Source: Candidatus Latescibacterota bacterium
Lineage (GTDB): Bacteria; Latescibacterota; UBA2968; UBA8231
Direction of reading: 5' to 3'
DNA: 64,000 nucleotides
NCBI GenBank assembly: GCA_964291625.2
Contig: OZ220089.1
Location: forward strand, 3,552,001-3,616,000
In this document: piece by piece, positions 1 through 10,214 of the stretch
Numbering within the stretch: position 1 is the stretch's first letter
Layout: every line of letters begins with the position of its first letter
The notes under the pieces: model-generated
Told to the model about the DNA's origin: nothing
What the model saw: the letters and a program-made list of their open reading frames with translations, nothing else
Databases searched by the model: none
Translations under genes and position numbers: made by a program

Positions 1-909
1 GTCGGCACCGCCCTGGGCACGGCGATCGTGCGCCCCGACCTCGGCGCTGCCCTCGCCGGCAGCCTGAGCTTCGGAGACATTCCGGACCTGCCTCCGTGGG
101 CGCCGGAGGCGGCGCGCGCCAATCCGCTGTTGATGATGGCCACCACCTTCGGCTACGTCGGCGGCGGCGTCTTCATCTACCTCGCCTACTCCAACTGGGT
201 CGGCCTCCACCGCTGGGGCCTCACGGACCATCCGCGCATCGAGGCGATCCGCGAGCGGTCCCTGGACAGCGGCCGCGTGGAACACCTGCCCGAGGACGCC
301 GAGTCGGTCCACCGCCTTCGGGTGCTGGCCTCGCCGGTGCGCTGGGACGTGGGCGCCGGCGCGGTGGTCCTCTTCGTGGTGACGGCGGCCTTCATGCTCT
401 CGGGGGCGGCGGTGCTCTTCCCGCTGCAGACGCAGTTCGAGGGCTGGAGTCTGCTCACCGAGCAGGCCCACGTGTGGCGGGCGATCCACCCGTCGCTGGT
501 GTGGATCTACTACGTCTGCATCCTCGCGGCCCTGTGGGGGACCCTGCAGGCGCTCCCGGAGGTCTATGCCCGCGTGGTGCAGGAGTTCCTCGCCGCCATC
601 TGGCCGCACCGCGAGTGGAGCTACGAGGGGATCAAGAGGATCAGCTGCCTGTGGGTGGCGGCGGCGGCCCTGGCCCTGATCTGGACGGGGGTGCCCTTCG
701 ACACCCTGATCCAGATCGCCAGCTTCCTGCTGGCCAACCTGGCGATCTTCCTCATCAGCCTCGGCGCCCTCTACCTCAACCGGCTCCTGCCCCGGGCCCA
801 CCGGACCCACTGGCTGATCGCCGCCGGCGGCTGGGTGTCGGCCGCCGTCCTGGGGGCCTTCGCCGCCATCAGCGCCTGGGGCCTGGCGGCCAAGTTCGGG
901 CTGCTGTAA
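1..909 (+). CDS. NRAMP/APC-superfamily membrane transporter, 5'-truncated by window edge
   Basis: Frame open from base 1; many hydrophobic TM segments; FGYVGG and 'ILAALWGT' segments resemble Nramp-like transporters. Confidence 0.6.
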   Translation, partial: VGTALGTAIVRPDLGAALAGSLSFGDIPDLPPWAPEAARANPLLMMATTFGYVGGGVFIYLAYSNWVGLHRWGLTDHPRIEAIRERSLDSGRVEHLPEDAESVHRLRVLASPVRWDVGAGAVVLFVVTAAFMLSGAAVLFPLQTQFEGWSLLTEQAHVWRAIHPSLVWIYYVCILAALWGTLQALPEVYARVVQEFLAAIWPHREWSYEGIKRISCLWVAAAALALIWTGVPFDTLIQIASFLLANLAIFLISLGALYLNRLLPRAHRTHWLIAAGGWVSAAVLGAFAAISAWGLAAKFGLL

Positions 910-929
910 GGGCCCTCGCCCTCTTGGCG

Positions 930-2012
930 ATGACGGCGCTTCGCCCGCTCCTGGCGGGCCTGCTGCTGCTGCTTGCCACGGGCTGCGCCCCCCCGGCCGC
1001 ACGGCCGCCGGGCGGCCCCGTCTTCGCCGGCGAGGCCGAGGCCGAGGCGGTCTGCGTCGTCGAGGCGATCCCCAACTACCTGCTCCACCTGACGGCCGTG
1101 GCCGGCCTCCCCTGGCCGAACCCGTACGCCGAGGCCTGGGGCCACACGGTGGACGTCGAGTCCGCCCATGTCCTGCAGTTGCACGCCCCGGCCCTGCAGT
1201 GGGGTCAGGGCGTCACCGGCGACCTGGCCCCGTTCTTCGTGTTCCTGCCCGCCTACCTGCCCCTCGAGACCGAGCACGAGCTGTACGAGTACCTCCACGC
1301 CCTCGACCAGGCCATGCGCAATCGGGACTACCGGGAACTGCGCGACCCCTACCACGGCGCCCACGAGCGCCTGAAGAGCTGGCTCTTCGACTTCGAGGGG
1401 TTCTTCTACAGCCGCGCCGAGGTCTACGAGGGCTACCTGCGGGCGATCCGCCAGCTCGTGTCGGTGTACGAGCGCAACTACCCGGCCTGGCACGACCGGG
1501 TGTGGCCCGAGGTGGAGGACGACCTGGAGCCGATCGCCGACCACCTCAACGGCGAGCTGTGGTCTCTCGACCTCATCGGCACCTGGGAGCGCAAGACGGG
1601 CGTGCGCTTCCGAGGCGACCGCTACGAGATCGTCCTCACCTCCGCCCCCGGTGGCGGCGGGGTGACGGGACTCGGATACGCCCGCAGTCTGTTGACCCCC
1701 ATCGGCGACCGCGATCACATGCTGGGCCTCATCGTCCACGAGGTGGGCATGCACCTGCTCCTGGACCTGTTCCGGGAGGCGGAGGCGCGCGACCTGGCCA
1801 GCGGCGAGCTGGACTGGACGACGTACGCCGCCTACGCCGGGCTGGCCCAGCACTATGCGCGCCAGATCGTCCCCGGCTTCGAGACCGAGATCGAGAACGA
1901 CGTCGAGATCTTCGCCGGCATCTACCGCCAGCTCGAGGACGATGAGCCCCGGGCGGGGGCCCGCCGGCTGATGGACCGCGCCCTCACCGAGTACCGCGCC
2001 GGCAAGTGGTGA
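930..2012 (+). CDS. Hypothetical lipoprotein, possible metallopeptidase-like
   Basis: ATG at 930 gives MTALRPLLAGLLLLLATGC (signal peptide plus lipobox Cys); IVHEVGMH motif near the C-terminus. Confidence 0.6.
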   Translation: MTALRPLLAGLLLLLATGCAPPAARPPGGPVFAGEAEAEAVCVVEAIPNYLLHLTAVAGLPWPNPYAEAWGHTVDVESAHVLQLHAPALQWGQGVTGDLAPFFVFLPAYLPLETEHELYEYLHALDQAMRNRDYRELRDPYHGAHERLKSWLFDFEGFFYSRAEVYEGYLRAIRQLVSVYERNYPAWHDRVWPEVEDDLEPIADHLNGELWSLDLIGTWERKTGVRFRGDRYEIVLTSAPGGGGVTGLGYARSLLTPIGDRDHMLGLIVHEVGMHLLLDLFREAEARDLASGELDWTTYAAYAGLAQHYARQIVPGFETEIENDVEIFAGIYRQLEDDEPRAGARRLMDRALTEYRAGKW

Positions 2013-2363
2013 TCCCCCCGTCGCGGGGGCGAGGCCGGCACCGCTCCGCCCGGGGCTCCGGTCCGCCGCCGGCCGCCCCCCCGGCCCCGGGTACGGCTCC
2101 AGCGACCTGATCGACGCGCCTGAGTCGGCCGGCAGCTTTTTCCCGTCGGCCCGCCGTCGGACCACCGGTACTTCCCCCTCGAACCGCCTCCACCGATGCC
2201 GGGGCCCGCTTTCCTCGGCATCTCCTTAACCAACTGTAAAACCGAGAGATAGGACCTTCTCCAGGGGACGGTTCAGGCCGTCGCCGGGGGGGAGGCATGG
2301 GCTTTGCTCATGCAGCCGGGCCAAGCGAACGCCACCTGGGAGGGAAAGGCAACGCCAGGAGAG

Positions 2364-2531
2364 ATGAATGGGCGGAGAGGGAAGCCAGATCCAGGGACGC
2401 GACAACGGATCGACCGCCAGCTCGAGGAACTCGACCGTGAGATCCGGGCCTGTCTCGAGAGCATCCGTCACACCCTCCGCGAGCTGGAGGGGTCCGTGGA
2501 GGAGGCGCCCGGGGACCCGCCGCAGCCTTGA
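2364..2531 (+). CDS. Small coiled-coil hypothetical protein
   Basis: AGGAG just upstream of ATG 2364; amphipathic helix IDRQLEELDREIRACLESIRHTLREL; ends 10 bp before the slt-like gene. Confidence 0.45.
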   Translation: MNGRRGKPDPGTRQRIDRQLEELDREIRACLESIRHTLRELEGSVEEAPGDPPQP

Positions 2532-2540
2532 ACGGGGAGC

Positions 2541-3818
2541 ATGACCATGCGAAGGCCACCCAGAAAGAGAAAGCAGGAGTTGGGACCCGTGACCGGGATC
2601 GCTCTGACCGGGGTGTTCCTCGCAGGGGCGCTGCTGATCGAGGCCCGCGTGGCCCTGCGGCCGCCGGATGAGGCCGCGGAGAAGGGTCCCGCGGTGCAGG
2701 AACCGGCGGACGCCGGGGGCGGGGGTTTCTCCCCGGAGCGGCAGGGGACCCGCACCGACTCGCTCGACCTCCCTCCGGCGGTGCCCGGTCCCGGGGAGCG
2801 CGATGAGCAGCCCGCCGATCCCGACAGCCTCTACGAGATGGGCGGGATCCAGGTACGCCACCACCGCGACGAGGAGGCCGTCGTCACCTTCGCGCGGCTG
2901 GCGGCCGAGCACCCCGGGCACGAACTCGCCGACGAGGCCCTGTGGCAGGCGGCCAAGGCGGCCGAGCGCGGCGGCGACTACACCCGCGCCCGCGACCTCT
3001 TCGGGCAACTGGTGGACGAGCACCCCCGCAGCCCGATGCGCGACCAGGCCAACTGGAGCGCCGCCTTCATGCTGTACTGCGCCGGGCGCTACCGGGAGGC
3101 GCTCTACATGTTCCAGAGGGTTGGAGTCGACGCCTCGGAGCCGCACCTCGTCGACCAGAGCTTCTTCTGGGCTGGCAAGAGCGCCCGGCGCCTGGGGCTG
3201 GAGCAGGAGGCGGAAGTGCTCTTCCAGGCGGCTGCCGACCACTTCCCGCGCTCCTACTACTCGGCGCGGGCCGTCAGCATGGGATACCGGTCGAGCAAGG
3301 GGCGGCGGCCCCGCAACCACGCGGCCCTGGACGATGTCGGCCACACGTGGGAGCATGTGAGGACGGCGGCCGGCGAGGCCGGGCTGGATCCCTACCTCGT
3401 GCTGGCCGTCATCCGGCAGGAGTCCCGCTTCGAGGAGCGGGCCGAGTCCCATGCCGGGGCGCTGGGGGTCATGCAGATCATGCCGCGCACGGGCCGCTCC
3501 CTGGCGTCCAAGGCGGGGATGGGAGACTTCGAGAAGGGCCTGCTGGCCGACCCGGAGGTCTCCATCCGCATGGGCTCGCGCTACCTCGGCGAGCAGATGC
3601 GCTCCTTCGCGTCGGGCCGGACCCGGGAGGTCGGCTTCGAGCTCGGCCTGGCCGCCTACAACGCCGGGCCCTCCGCCGCCAGGCAGTGGGTCCGACACCT
3701 TCCGCTGGACGACGCCGACACCTTCGTGGAGCGCATCCCCTACAAGGAGACGCGGATCTACGTGAAGAAGGTGTTGAAGAACTACACCGTGTACAAGACC
3801 GCCGTGTCGAGCGCCTGA
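2541..3818 (+). CDS. Lytic transglycosylase (SLT domain) with TPR repeats
   Basis: N-terminal TM; TPR-like helices; IRQESRF, GALGVMQIMP and LAAYNAGP SLT motifs; IPYKETRIYVKKV. Confidence 0.9.
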   Translation: MTMRRPPRKRKQELGPVTGIALTGVFLAGALLIEARVALRPPDEAAEKGPAVQEPADAGGGGFSPERQGTRTDSLDLPPAVPGPGERDEQPADPDSLYEMGGIQVRHHRDEEAVVTFARLAAEHPGHELADEALWQAAKAAERGGDYTRARDLFGQLVDEHPRSPMRDQANWSAAFMLYCAGRYREALYMFQRVGVDASEPHLVDQSFFWAGKSARRLGLEQEAEVLFQAAADHFPRSYYSARAVSMGYRSSKGRRPRNHAALDDVGHTWEHVRTAAGEAGLDPYLVLAVIRQESRFEERAESHAGALGVMQIMPRTGRSLASKAGMGDFEKGLLADPEVSIRMGSRYLGEQMRSFASGRTREVGFELGLAAYNAGPSAARQWVRHLPLDDADTFVERIPYKETRIYVKKVLKNYTVYKTAVSSA

Positions 3819-3827
3819 CCGGCGCCG

Positions 3828-5414
3828 TCAGCCCCGGCTCAAAGGACTGAACCAGGTGAGGTCGGCGCCGAAGTCGTCCATGGCAGCCACCTCGTCCCCG
3901 CGCAGGCGAGCGCGGATCGGCCGGCGGTGCAGCCGCGGGGACAGCACGATCTCCCGGTCCGGGAACTCGACCTCGGCCTCGATTACGGACCCCGCGGACA
4001 GGTTTCGCCAGAACAGGTGATCCGCGGCGCGGCGCGGCTCGGGAGCATCGCCGGCCAGCACCGGACCGCCTTCCAGCCAGGGAGGCAGCCGCAGCCACAG
4101 CGGCCCCGCCTGCCCGACCCGCACCGTGAGCCGCCCGTCGTGCGTGTAGGGCGAGGAGACGGAGGCCGCCTCGCTCTCCCAGTCGAACCACAGGTCGACG
4201 TGGACGCCGGTGCCGTCGGCGCGGACCACCTCGCGGCAGGCGGCGGCGAGGGAGGCACAGGCGCCGCCGACGATATCCATGTTGAAGGAGAGGTTGGCCC
4301 GCCCCTGGCCGGCGGACTCGTGGCCGTAGGGCGCCGGGAAGCCGAAGGCGCCGAGGTGGCGGCCGGCGAGGTCGCGCAGGCCGTCGAGTCCCTCGGGGTT
4401 GGGGGGCTCCTCGATGAAGGAGGGGTCCCGCAGCTGGCTGGGCAGGAGGTGGCAGCGCAGGATGCGCTCGGCGTCGGCATAGGCCGCCGCGCAGCCGTGG
4501 CGGCCGAGGATCAGGGCCGTCTCGAGGATGTCGCCGGTGTTGTTGGCCTCGCCGTGGTCCGAGTCGGTCTGGGCCATCGACTCCGGGGTCCAGCCGATCT
4601 CGTCGCGCAGCTGCCAGAGGCCGCCATCGTAGAACGCGCGCACCCGCTCCATGAGCACCGCGTCCCCGAGGTGGGCGGCCAGCTGCGCCAGGGAGGAGAG
4701 GCAGCAGGTGATGGAGTGCACGTGGGAGGTGCCGGCGCCCTCCGGGTCCCAGGACCCGTCCTCGGGGAAGCTCTCGGCCAGGAGCTTGTCGCGCAGCACC
4801 AGGGCCAGCTCGAGGGCGGCGGCCGAGCCGGTGGCGCGGTGGATCTTGACGAGGGGGCCGAGCATGCGCGCCTCGCCGTGGACGAAGCCCTGGCAGGCCA
4901 TGTGCTCCAGGCCCAGCGACTCGAGGCGGGCCTCGTCCCAGCCCATTTCAGGGGACCACAGATCGAAGATGCACCGTATGCTGCGCTCGGCGATCTCCAC
5001 CGCCTCGCCATCGTCGCGGAAGGCGGCCAGGGCGTAGAGGGCGTGGAAGCCCTCGCGCAGGTTGTGGGGACAGAAGGAGACCAGGGGGCCGCCGATCTCC
5101 TTGCGGTTGAGCGGCAGCGGCGCCGCCCCCGAGTAGGAGAACAGCGCCGCGTGACGGTGCCGGCGCACCACGTCCTCGTCGACTTCGATCCCGGCGGCGT
5201 CCTCGGACTCGAGGAGGGCGTTCAGATGGCGGCCGGGCACGTGCGACTCGGAGTGGGCCGCGCTGAAGGAGAGGCGGGCGTCGGGCCGCAGGCGCGAGCT
5301 GAAGAAGGGGACGCCCTCCGGGTCGTCGGCGTCGAAGAGCCCGCTCATGCACCGGACCCCCAGCTCGAGGGCGGCCTTCAGGTCTGTGGTATTCACGTTG
5401 CGCACGCGGGGCAT
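3828..5414 (-). CDS. Hypothetical protein, GH127-like (alpha/alpha)6 hydrolase fold
   Basis: 528-aa ORF with typical codon usage; HVHS, E-ANNTGD and C-terminal 'VSSPY..GRLTVRV..LWLRLPPW' resemble GH127-type C-terminal domains. Confidence 0.45.
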   Translation of the reverse strand: MPRVRNVNTTDLKAALELGVRCMSGLFDADDPEGVPFFSSRLRPDARLSFSAAHSESHVPGRHLNALLESEDAAGIEVDEDVVRRHRHAALFSYSGAAPLPLNRKEIGGPLVSFCPHNLREGFHALYALAAFRDDGEAVEIAERSIRCIFDLWSPEMGWDEARLESLGLEHMACQGFVHGEARMLGPLVKIHRATGSAAALELALVLRDKLLAESFPEDGSWDPEGAGTSHVHSITCCLSSLAQLAAHLGDAVLMERVRAFYDGGLWQLRDEIGWTPESMAQTDSDHGEANNTGDILETALILGRHGCAAAYADAERILRCHLLPSQLRDPSFIEEPPNPEGLDGLRDLAGRHLGAFGFPAPYGHESAGQGRANLSFNMDIVGGACASLAAACREVVRADGTGVHVDLWFDWESEAASVSSPYTHDGRLTVRVGQAGPLWLRLPPWLEGGPVLAGDAPEPRRAADHLFWRNLSAGSVIEAEVEFPDREIVLSPRLHRRPIRARLRGDEVAAMDDFGADLTWFSPLSRG

Positions 5415-5485
5415 GAGGGAAGAACTTGAGGGGCCGTCCGGGCCACGGCAAACGGTTGTGAGGGCGGATACCCGGAGGATCTGAC

Positions 5486-6211
5486 ATGAGCGAATCGGCG
5501 CTGACGGCGGAGCAGGTGCGGCTGTTCCGGCACAACGGCTTTCTCAAGCTCGACGGCCGCCTGCCGGAAGAGCTGGCGGCGCGGTTGCGCCAGGCCATCG
5601 ACGCCGACGTGCGCGCCGGGGCCGAGCCCGTGGTGCGCGACGCCGAGGACCGCGTGGTGCGCCTGTCGCAGGTGTGGGACCGCGCCCCCGTCTTCCGCGA
5701 GGCGGCGACCCATGCCGCCGTCCTCGACCCGCTGGAAGCGCTCCTCGGCCCCAACATCGAGGTCGTCCTCAACCGCCACAACCACGCCACCCTGAACGTC
5801 GCCTTGGCGCGGTCCGACTACTTCCACCGCGACATCCTGCAGTGGAGCCGGGGTCTGCTGACGGTGATCCACTACCTCGAGGAGACCAGCCTCGACAACG
5901 GCTGCACGCAGGTGATCCCCGGCACCCACCTGCTGCCCGGCGAAACGCGGATGCACCGGCTGGAGGAGCAGGACTGGATCCGGGAGTCGCGCGTGACCGG
6001 CCAGGCGGTGCCGGTGCCCATGCCGGCGGGAGGGCTGCTGGCCATAGACAGCCTGGTCTTCCACCGCATCGGTCCCAACCGCACCGAGGGCACGCGCACG
6101 AGCATGACCATCGGCTACCGCAGCGCCGACGAGCTCGCCGGGCCGCCGGACGGCAAGGCCGTGCTGGTGCGCGGCGAGAGGATCTACACGGGCAACGACG
6201 GCGGCCGCTGA
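5486..6211 (+). CDS. Phytanoyl-CoA dioxygenase (PhyH) family protein
   Basis: FRHNGFL, FHRD (HxD), NGCTQVIPGTH, distal His in LVFHR. Confidence 0.85.
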   Translation: MSESALTAEQVRLFRHNGFLKLDGRLPEELAARLRQAIDADVRAGAEPVVRDAEDRVVRLSQVWDRAPVFREAATHAAVLDPLEALLGPNIEVVLNRHNHATLNVALARSDYFHRDILQWSRGLLTVIHYLEETSLDNGCTQVIPGTHLLPGETRMHRLEEQDWIRESRVTGQAVPVPMPAGGLLAIDSLVFHRIGPNRTEGTRTSMTIGYRSADELAGPPDGKAVLVRGERIYTGNDGGR

Positions 6212-6227
6212 GGTCGCCCGGCGCGGT

Positions 6228-7325
6228 TCAGTCCGCCTCGAGCCGCGCCCAGCGCGTGTGGGTGACCCCGCCCGAGGTGCACCAGAACCAGGTCAGCAGG
6301 GCGCCGTCGTCCAGGCGCCGGCCGCCGGGCTTGCCGAAGGCGATGAGCATGTGCTCGGCGAGGAAGTTCTCGTGGTCGGGGTCGCCGAGGGTGGCCTCGG
6401 CGCCGGCGTCGAAGAGGACGACCTCGCCGGCGGTGTCGAAGGTGGAGAGGTCCTCGGTGAGGGCGGCGCGCACCCCCTGGGGCTCGTGGCGGTAGTTGTA
6501 GACGGCGAGGACTCGCCCGTCGGCCAGGGGGACCGGCGTGCACACCTGGCCCCGCAGGTTCGTCGGCCGCGGCTCCGACCAGGTGCGGCCGCCGTCCTCG
6601 GAGATCACCCAGTGGTTCTCGATGTCGTCGCTGGTGCCGTAGAGGTGGGTCCAGATGAGGGAGTAGATGCGGCCGTCCGGCAGGCGGCAGTTCATCAGGT
6701 CCCAGTAGAGGATCCGGCCCGAGGGGTCGTTGGCGACCTCGGTCAGCTCGCCCCAGGTGGCGCCGCCGTCGGTGGAGAAGACCGCCCAGGTCCGCTGGTC
6801 GGGAGGGCCCTCGTACCCCTTCGGCTTCCAGGTCTCCAGGGGCCACATCCAGCGGTCCGGCGCCAGCTGCAGCAGCTGGCCGGCGCTGTTCCAGGTGTAG
6901 CGCTCCGGGGGCAGGTCGACGGGCACGACCTGCGGCTCCGACCAGGAGTCGCCGCCGTCGTCGGACCACAGCAGGCACATCTCCGGCCGCTGCAGCTCCT
7001 CGGTGTCGGGATCGAAGAGCGTCCCGTCGCCCTCATTCTCGAAGCGGCAGCAGGTCATGACCAGCCGGGGTCCGTCGCCGGCGACGCTGATCTGCGGGGC
7101 CCGGTAGGCGTAGCCGTCGCCGGCGGGGCTGGCGACGCCGACCTCCGTGAAGCGGCGGCCGTCCTCCGAGCGCAGCACGAGGACGTGGTTGTCGGGGGTG
7201 CCGAGCCCCGAGCCGACGTGCTGGCTGGCGACGAAGGTTCCGTCCGCCAGGGGCGTGATCCACGGCATGTAGGCGCCGCGGCCCTCGGCGTGGGAGATGG
7301 TGCCCTGATCGGCGATGCGGAACAT
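6228..7325 (-). CDS. Sialidase/BNR (Asp-box) repeat protein
   Basis: Four Asp-boxes (SEDGRRF, SDDGGDSW, STDGGATW, SEDGGRTW); ATG 7325 with GGAGG SD. Confidence 0.8.
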   Translation of the reverse strand: MFRIADQGTISHAEGRGAYMPWITPLADGTFVASQHVGSGLGTPDNHVLVLRSEDGRRFTEVGVASPAGDGYAYRAPQISVAGDGPRLVMTCCRFENEGDGTLFDPDTEELQRPEMCLLWSDDGGDSWSEPQVVPVDLPPERYTWNSAGQLLQLAPDRWMWPLETWKPKGYEGPPDQRTWAVFSTDGGATWGELTEVANDPSGRILYWDLMNCRLPDGRIYSLIWTHLYGTSDDIENHWVISEDGGRTWSEPRPTNLRGQVCTPVPLADGRVLAVYNYRHEPQGVRAALTEDLSTFDTAGEVVLFDAGAEATLGDPDHENFLAEHMLIAFGKPGGRRLDDGALLTWFWCTSGGVTHTRWARLEAD

Positions 7326-7367
7326 GGTCTCCTCCAAACCGCGGTGAGGGTGAGGGAGCCGGGCCGG

Positions 7368-8648
7368 CTACCAGTAGGCCAGGGCGTCCTCGAAGAGCGC
7401 CGCCAGCTCTTCGGCCCCGGCCTCGCGCGGCGACAGCTTGGTGACCCGGTGCTGGGGCAGGGTGCCCTCCACCAGGGCGGGGATGTCCCCGCGCCCGTAG
7501 CCGAGGGCGGACAGGCCGTTGGGGATCTCCAGCCGCCGCATCAGCGAGATGATGGCGTCGGCCAGCACCCGCCCGGCGTCGGCATCGCTCACGCCGCTGA
7601 CGTCGGCCCCGAGGATGCGGGCGGCGGTCAGGTGGCGCCCGGGATCGGCCGCCGCCGTGAAGCGGAAGACGGCCGGGGCGTTGACGATGACGGCGATGCC
7701 GTGGGGGACGACGGGGTAGTCGAGACCGTAGCCGGCCGGCAGGTAGTCGCGGACCATGCCGGCCACCGGGTACGACATGCCGTGGGGCAGGTGCACGCCG
7801 GCGTTGCCGAAGCCGATGCCGGCGAAGGCGGCGGCCAGCAGCATCTGCCCCCGCGCCTCGTCGTCGCCGGGGTCGCCCACGGCCCGCGGCAGGAAGGCGG
7901 CCATCATCTCCAGGGCCCGCAGGGCCCACAGGTCGCTGATCGGGTTGGCGCCCTGGTAGGCCGGCCGCAGCACCGGCCTCTCGGGGCGCGGCCTGCGGTC
8001 GTAGGGGATGGCGGTGTACGACTCCAGGGCGTGGCTGAGCACGTCCAGCCCGGTGGAGGCGGCCACGGCCGGCGGCAGGCTCCGGGTGTTGTCGGGATCG
8101 ATGAGGCCCAGGACCGGCCGCAGCCGCCGGTGGGCGATGCCGGTCTTGGCCTTCATCTCCACCAGGTCGAAGATGGCCACCCCCGTCGTCTCCGAGCCGG
8201 TGCCCGCGGTGGTCGGCACGGCGATGAGCGGCTTCAGCGGTCCCGGCGCCGGCAGCCCGCGGCCGATGGGGGCGTTCACGTAGTCGAGGAAGTCATCGGG
8301 CGGATGGGTGGCGTAGAGGTTGGCGGCCTTGGCGGTGTCGATGCTGGAGCCGCCGCCCACGGCGACGTAGGCGTCGAAGCCCCCCTCGGCGGCGACGCCG
8401 ATCGCCTCGCGGAAGGAGGCGTCCGTGGGCTCCACGTGGACGCCGTCGTAGAGCTGGTGCTCGACGCCGGCGTCGTCCAGCGACTGGCGGGCCACGGCCA
8501 CCGGCTCCAGGCGCGACACCTTCGGGTCGGTGACCAGCATCGCGCGCCGGGCGCCCATGTCGGCCAGGTCCATGCCGACCTCGGCCGTGACCCCGGATCC
8601 GTAGCGGATGCTCGAGGTGGCCATCTCGAAGGCGGTATCGCGTTCCAT
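7368..8648 (-). CDS. Hydroxyacid-oxoacid transhydrogenase (Fe-containing ADH family)
   Basis: GGGSSIDTAK, PTTAGTGSETT, DVLSHALESYT, RPAYQGANP, GVHLPHGMSYP. Confidence 0.9.
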   Translation of the reverse strand: MERDTAFEMATSSIRYGSGVTAEVGMDLADMGARRAMLVTDPKVSRLEPVAVARQSLDDAGVEHQLYDGVHVEPTDASFREAIGVAAEGGFDAYVAVGGGSSIDTAKAANLYATHPPDDFLDYVNAPIGRGLPAPGPLKPLIAVPTTAGTGSETTGVAIFDLVEMKAKTGIAHRRLRPVLGLIDPDNTRSLPPAVAASTGLDVLSHALESYTAIPYDRRPRPERPVLRPAYQGANPISDLWALRALEMMAAFLPRAVGDPGDDEARGQMLLAAAFAGIGFGNAGVHLPHGMSYPVAGMVRDYLPAGYGLDYPVVPHGIAVIVNAPAVFRFTAAADPGRHLTAARILGADVSGVSDADAGRVLADAIISLMRRLEIPNGLSALGYGRGDIPALVEGTLPQHRVTKLSPREAGAEELAALFEDALAYW

Positions 8649-8658
8649 GGAGTCCTCC

Positions 8659-9648
8659 TCAGGATCCGCCGGCGTCTTCCCCGCTCACCGCCGCCTCGAA
8701 CTCCTCCACGTCCAGGCGGCTGCCGATCGCCAGGGGCACGCGCTCGTGCAGGGTCCGGGGCGCCAGGTCGAGGATCGGACCGGTGCCGTTGGAGGCGGCG
8801 CCGCCGGCCTGCTCGGCCACGAAGGCCAGGGGACTGGCCTCGTAGAGCAGGCGCAGCTTGCCCCCGGGGGACTTGCGGTCGCCCGGGTAGAGGAAGACGC
8901 CGCCCTTGAGCAGGTTGCGGTGGAAGTCGGAGACCAGCGACCCGATGTAGCGCGCCGAGCAGCCCCCCTCCTTGCGGCTGTCCACGTAGGCGCGCACGGC
9001 GCCGCTCCAGCCGCCGGCGTTGCCCTCGTTGACGCTGTAGATGGCGCCCCGCTCGGGGATGCGGATGCTCTCGTGGGAGAGCAGGAACTCGCCGATCGTC
9101 GGGTCCAGGGTGAAGCCGTGGACGCCGCGGCCGGTGGTGTAGACGAGCATCGTGCTCGACCCGTAGACGAAGTACCCGGCGCACAGCTGCTCGCGGCCGG
9201 GCCGCAGGAAGCTCTCGGCGGTGGCGGCGGCCGGGCCGGGCGGACGGTAGATCGAGAAGATCGTGCCGATGCTGACGTTCACGTCGATGTTCGAGGAGCC
9301 GTCCACCGGATCGAAGACGAGGATGTAGGGGCCCCGGGCGTGGGGATCGGGGATCGGGTAGAAGTCCTCCATCTCCTCCGAGGCCATGGCCGCCAGCAGC
9401 CCCGTGTGGTCGAGGGCCTGGATGATGGTGGTGTTGGCGAACTCGTCGAGCTTCTGCACCTGCTCGCCGTGGACGTTGATCCGGCCTGTGAGGCCCATGG
9501 TCTCGGCCAGACCCGCCTTGTTCACCTCGCGGCCGATGATCTTGGCGGCCGTGGTGATCCCCTCCAGCAGGGCGGTGAAGCGCCCCGAGACGCCGGGGAA
9601 CTGGCGCTGCTGCTCGATGATGAACCGGGTCAGGGTCATGCCCAGCAT
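8659..9648 (-). CDS. fbp: Fructose-1,6-bisphosphatase class 1
   Basis: GEQVQKLD, ASEE, FDPVDGSSNIDVNVSIGTIFS, ARYIGSLVSDFHRNLLKGG, GKLRLLYEA. Confidence 0.95.
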   Translation of the reverse strand: MLGMTLTRFIIEQQRQFPGVSGRFTALLEGITTAAKIIGREVNKAGLAETMGLTGRINVHGEQVQKLDEFANTTIIQALDHTGLLAAMASEEMEDFYPIPDPHARGPYILVFDPVDGSSNIDVNVSIGTIFSIYRPPGPAAATAESFLRPGREQLCAGYFVYGSSTMLVYTTGRGVHGFTLDPTIGEFLLSHESIRIPERGAIYSVNEGNAGGWSGAVRAYVDSRKEGGCSARYIGSLVSDFHRNLLKGGVFLYPGDRKSPGGKLRLLYEASPLAFVAEQAGGAASNGTGPILDLAPRTLHERVPLAIGSRLDVEEFEAAVSGEDAGGS

Positions 9649-9890
9649 CTCGGTGCTCTCCCTTTGGGGCGGGCCGGATTCGAGGGCGGAGCGCGCCGCC
9701 CGTCCGCGGGCCTGAATCAACGCCGTGGCCCGGGCGGCGGCCAGCTTGCGTCTCTCCCGGCCCCCCGGTACACTGCTGCGCCGTGGTCCACCTTCGCCGC
9801 GGCATCCCCCCTCTGAACGACTTCCGCGCCTCCGTGGCCTGCGTCCGCCTCGAGGCGCGGCCAGCCCGGCCCGCGGCATCCGCCACGTCC

Positions 9891-10214
9891 CCTCGCAGCG
9901 TGACGGGCACCCCCACCTGCAGCGGCGCCCGGCCCCCGAAGCCGCCGACGGGTTGCTCCCAGGGGCGGGCCCGTGGGCCGGCATGCCAACGGGCCGCGGA
10001 GCCCCGGGGCTTCCGCAGGCCCGTGGAGTGTGGGTTCCCGGGAGGCCCTGGCCGTAGCAGCGGCGGGGCCCCGGCCCCGCCTCGGCCTTTGCGCCGTCTC
10101 CTCGCAGCATGACGGGCCCCCTACCTGCAGCAGCGCCTGCCGTGGAGCCGCCGATGGTCTGCTCCCAAGGGCGGGTGCGTGCGTCGGCAGACCAACGGGC
10201 CGCGGAGCCCCGGG
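9891..10214. repeat. Two imperfect ~115-bp direct repeats (9891-10010, 10100-10214) in the fbp/SDR intergenic region
   Basis: Shared blocks CCTCGCAGC.TGACGGGC, ACCTGCAGC.GCGCC, AGCCGCCGA, TGCTCCCA.GGGCGGG, CCAACGGGCCGCGGAGCCCCGGG. Confidence 0.8.
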
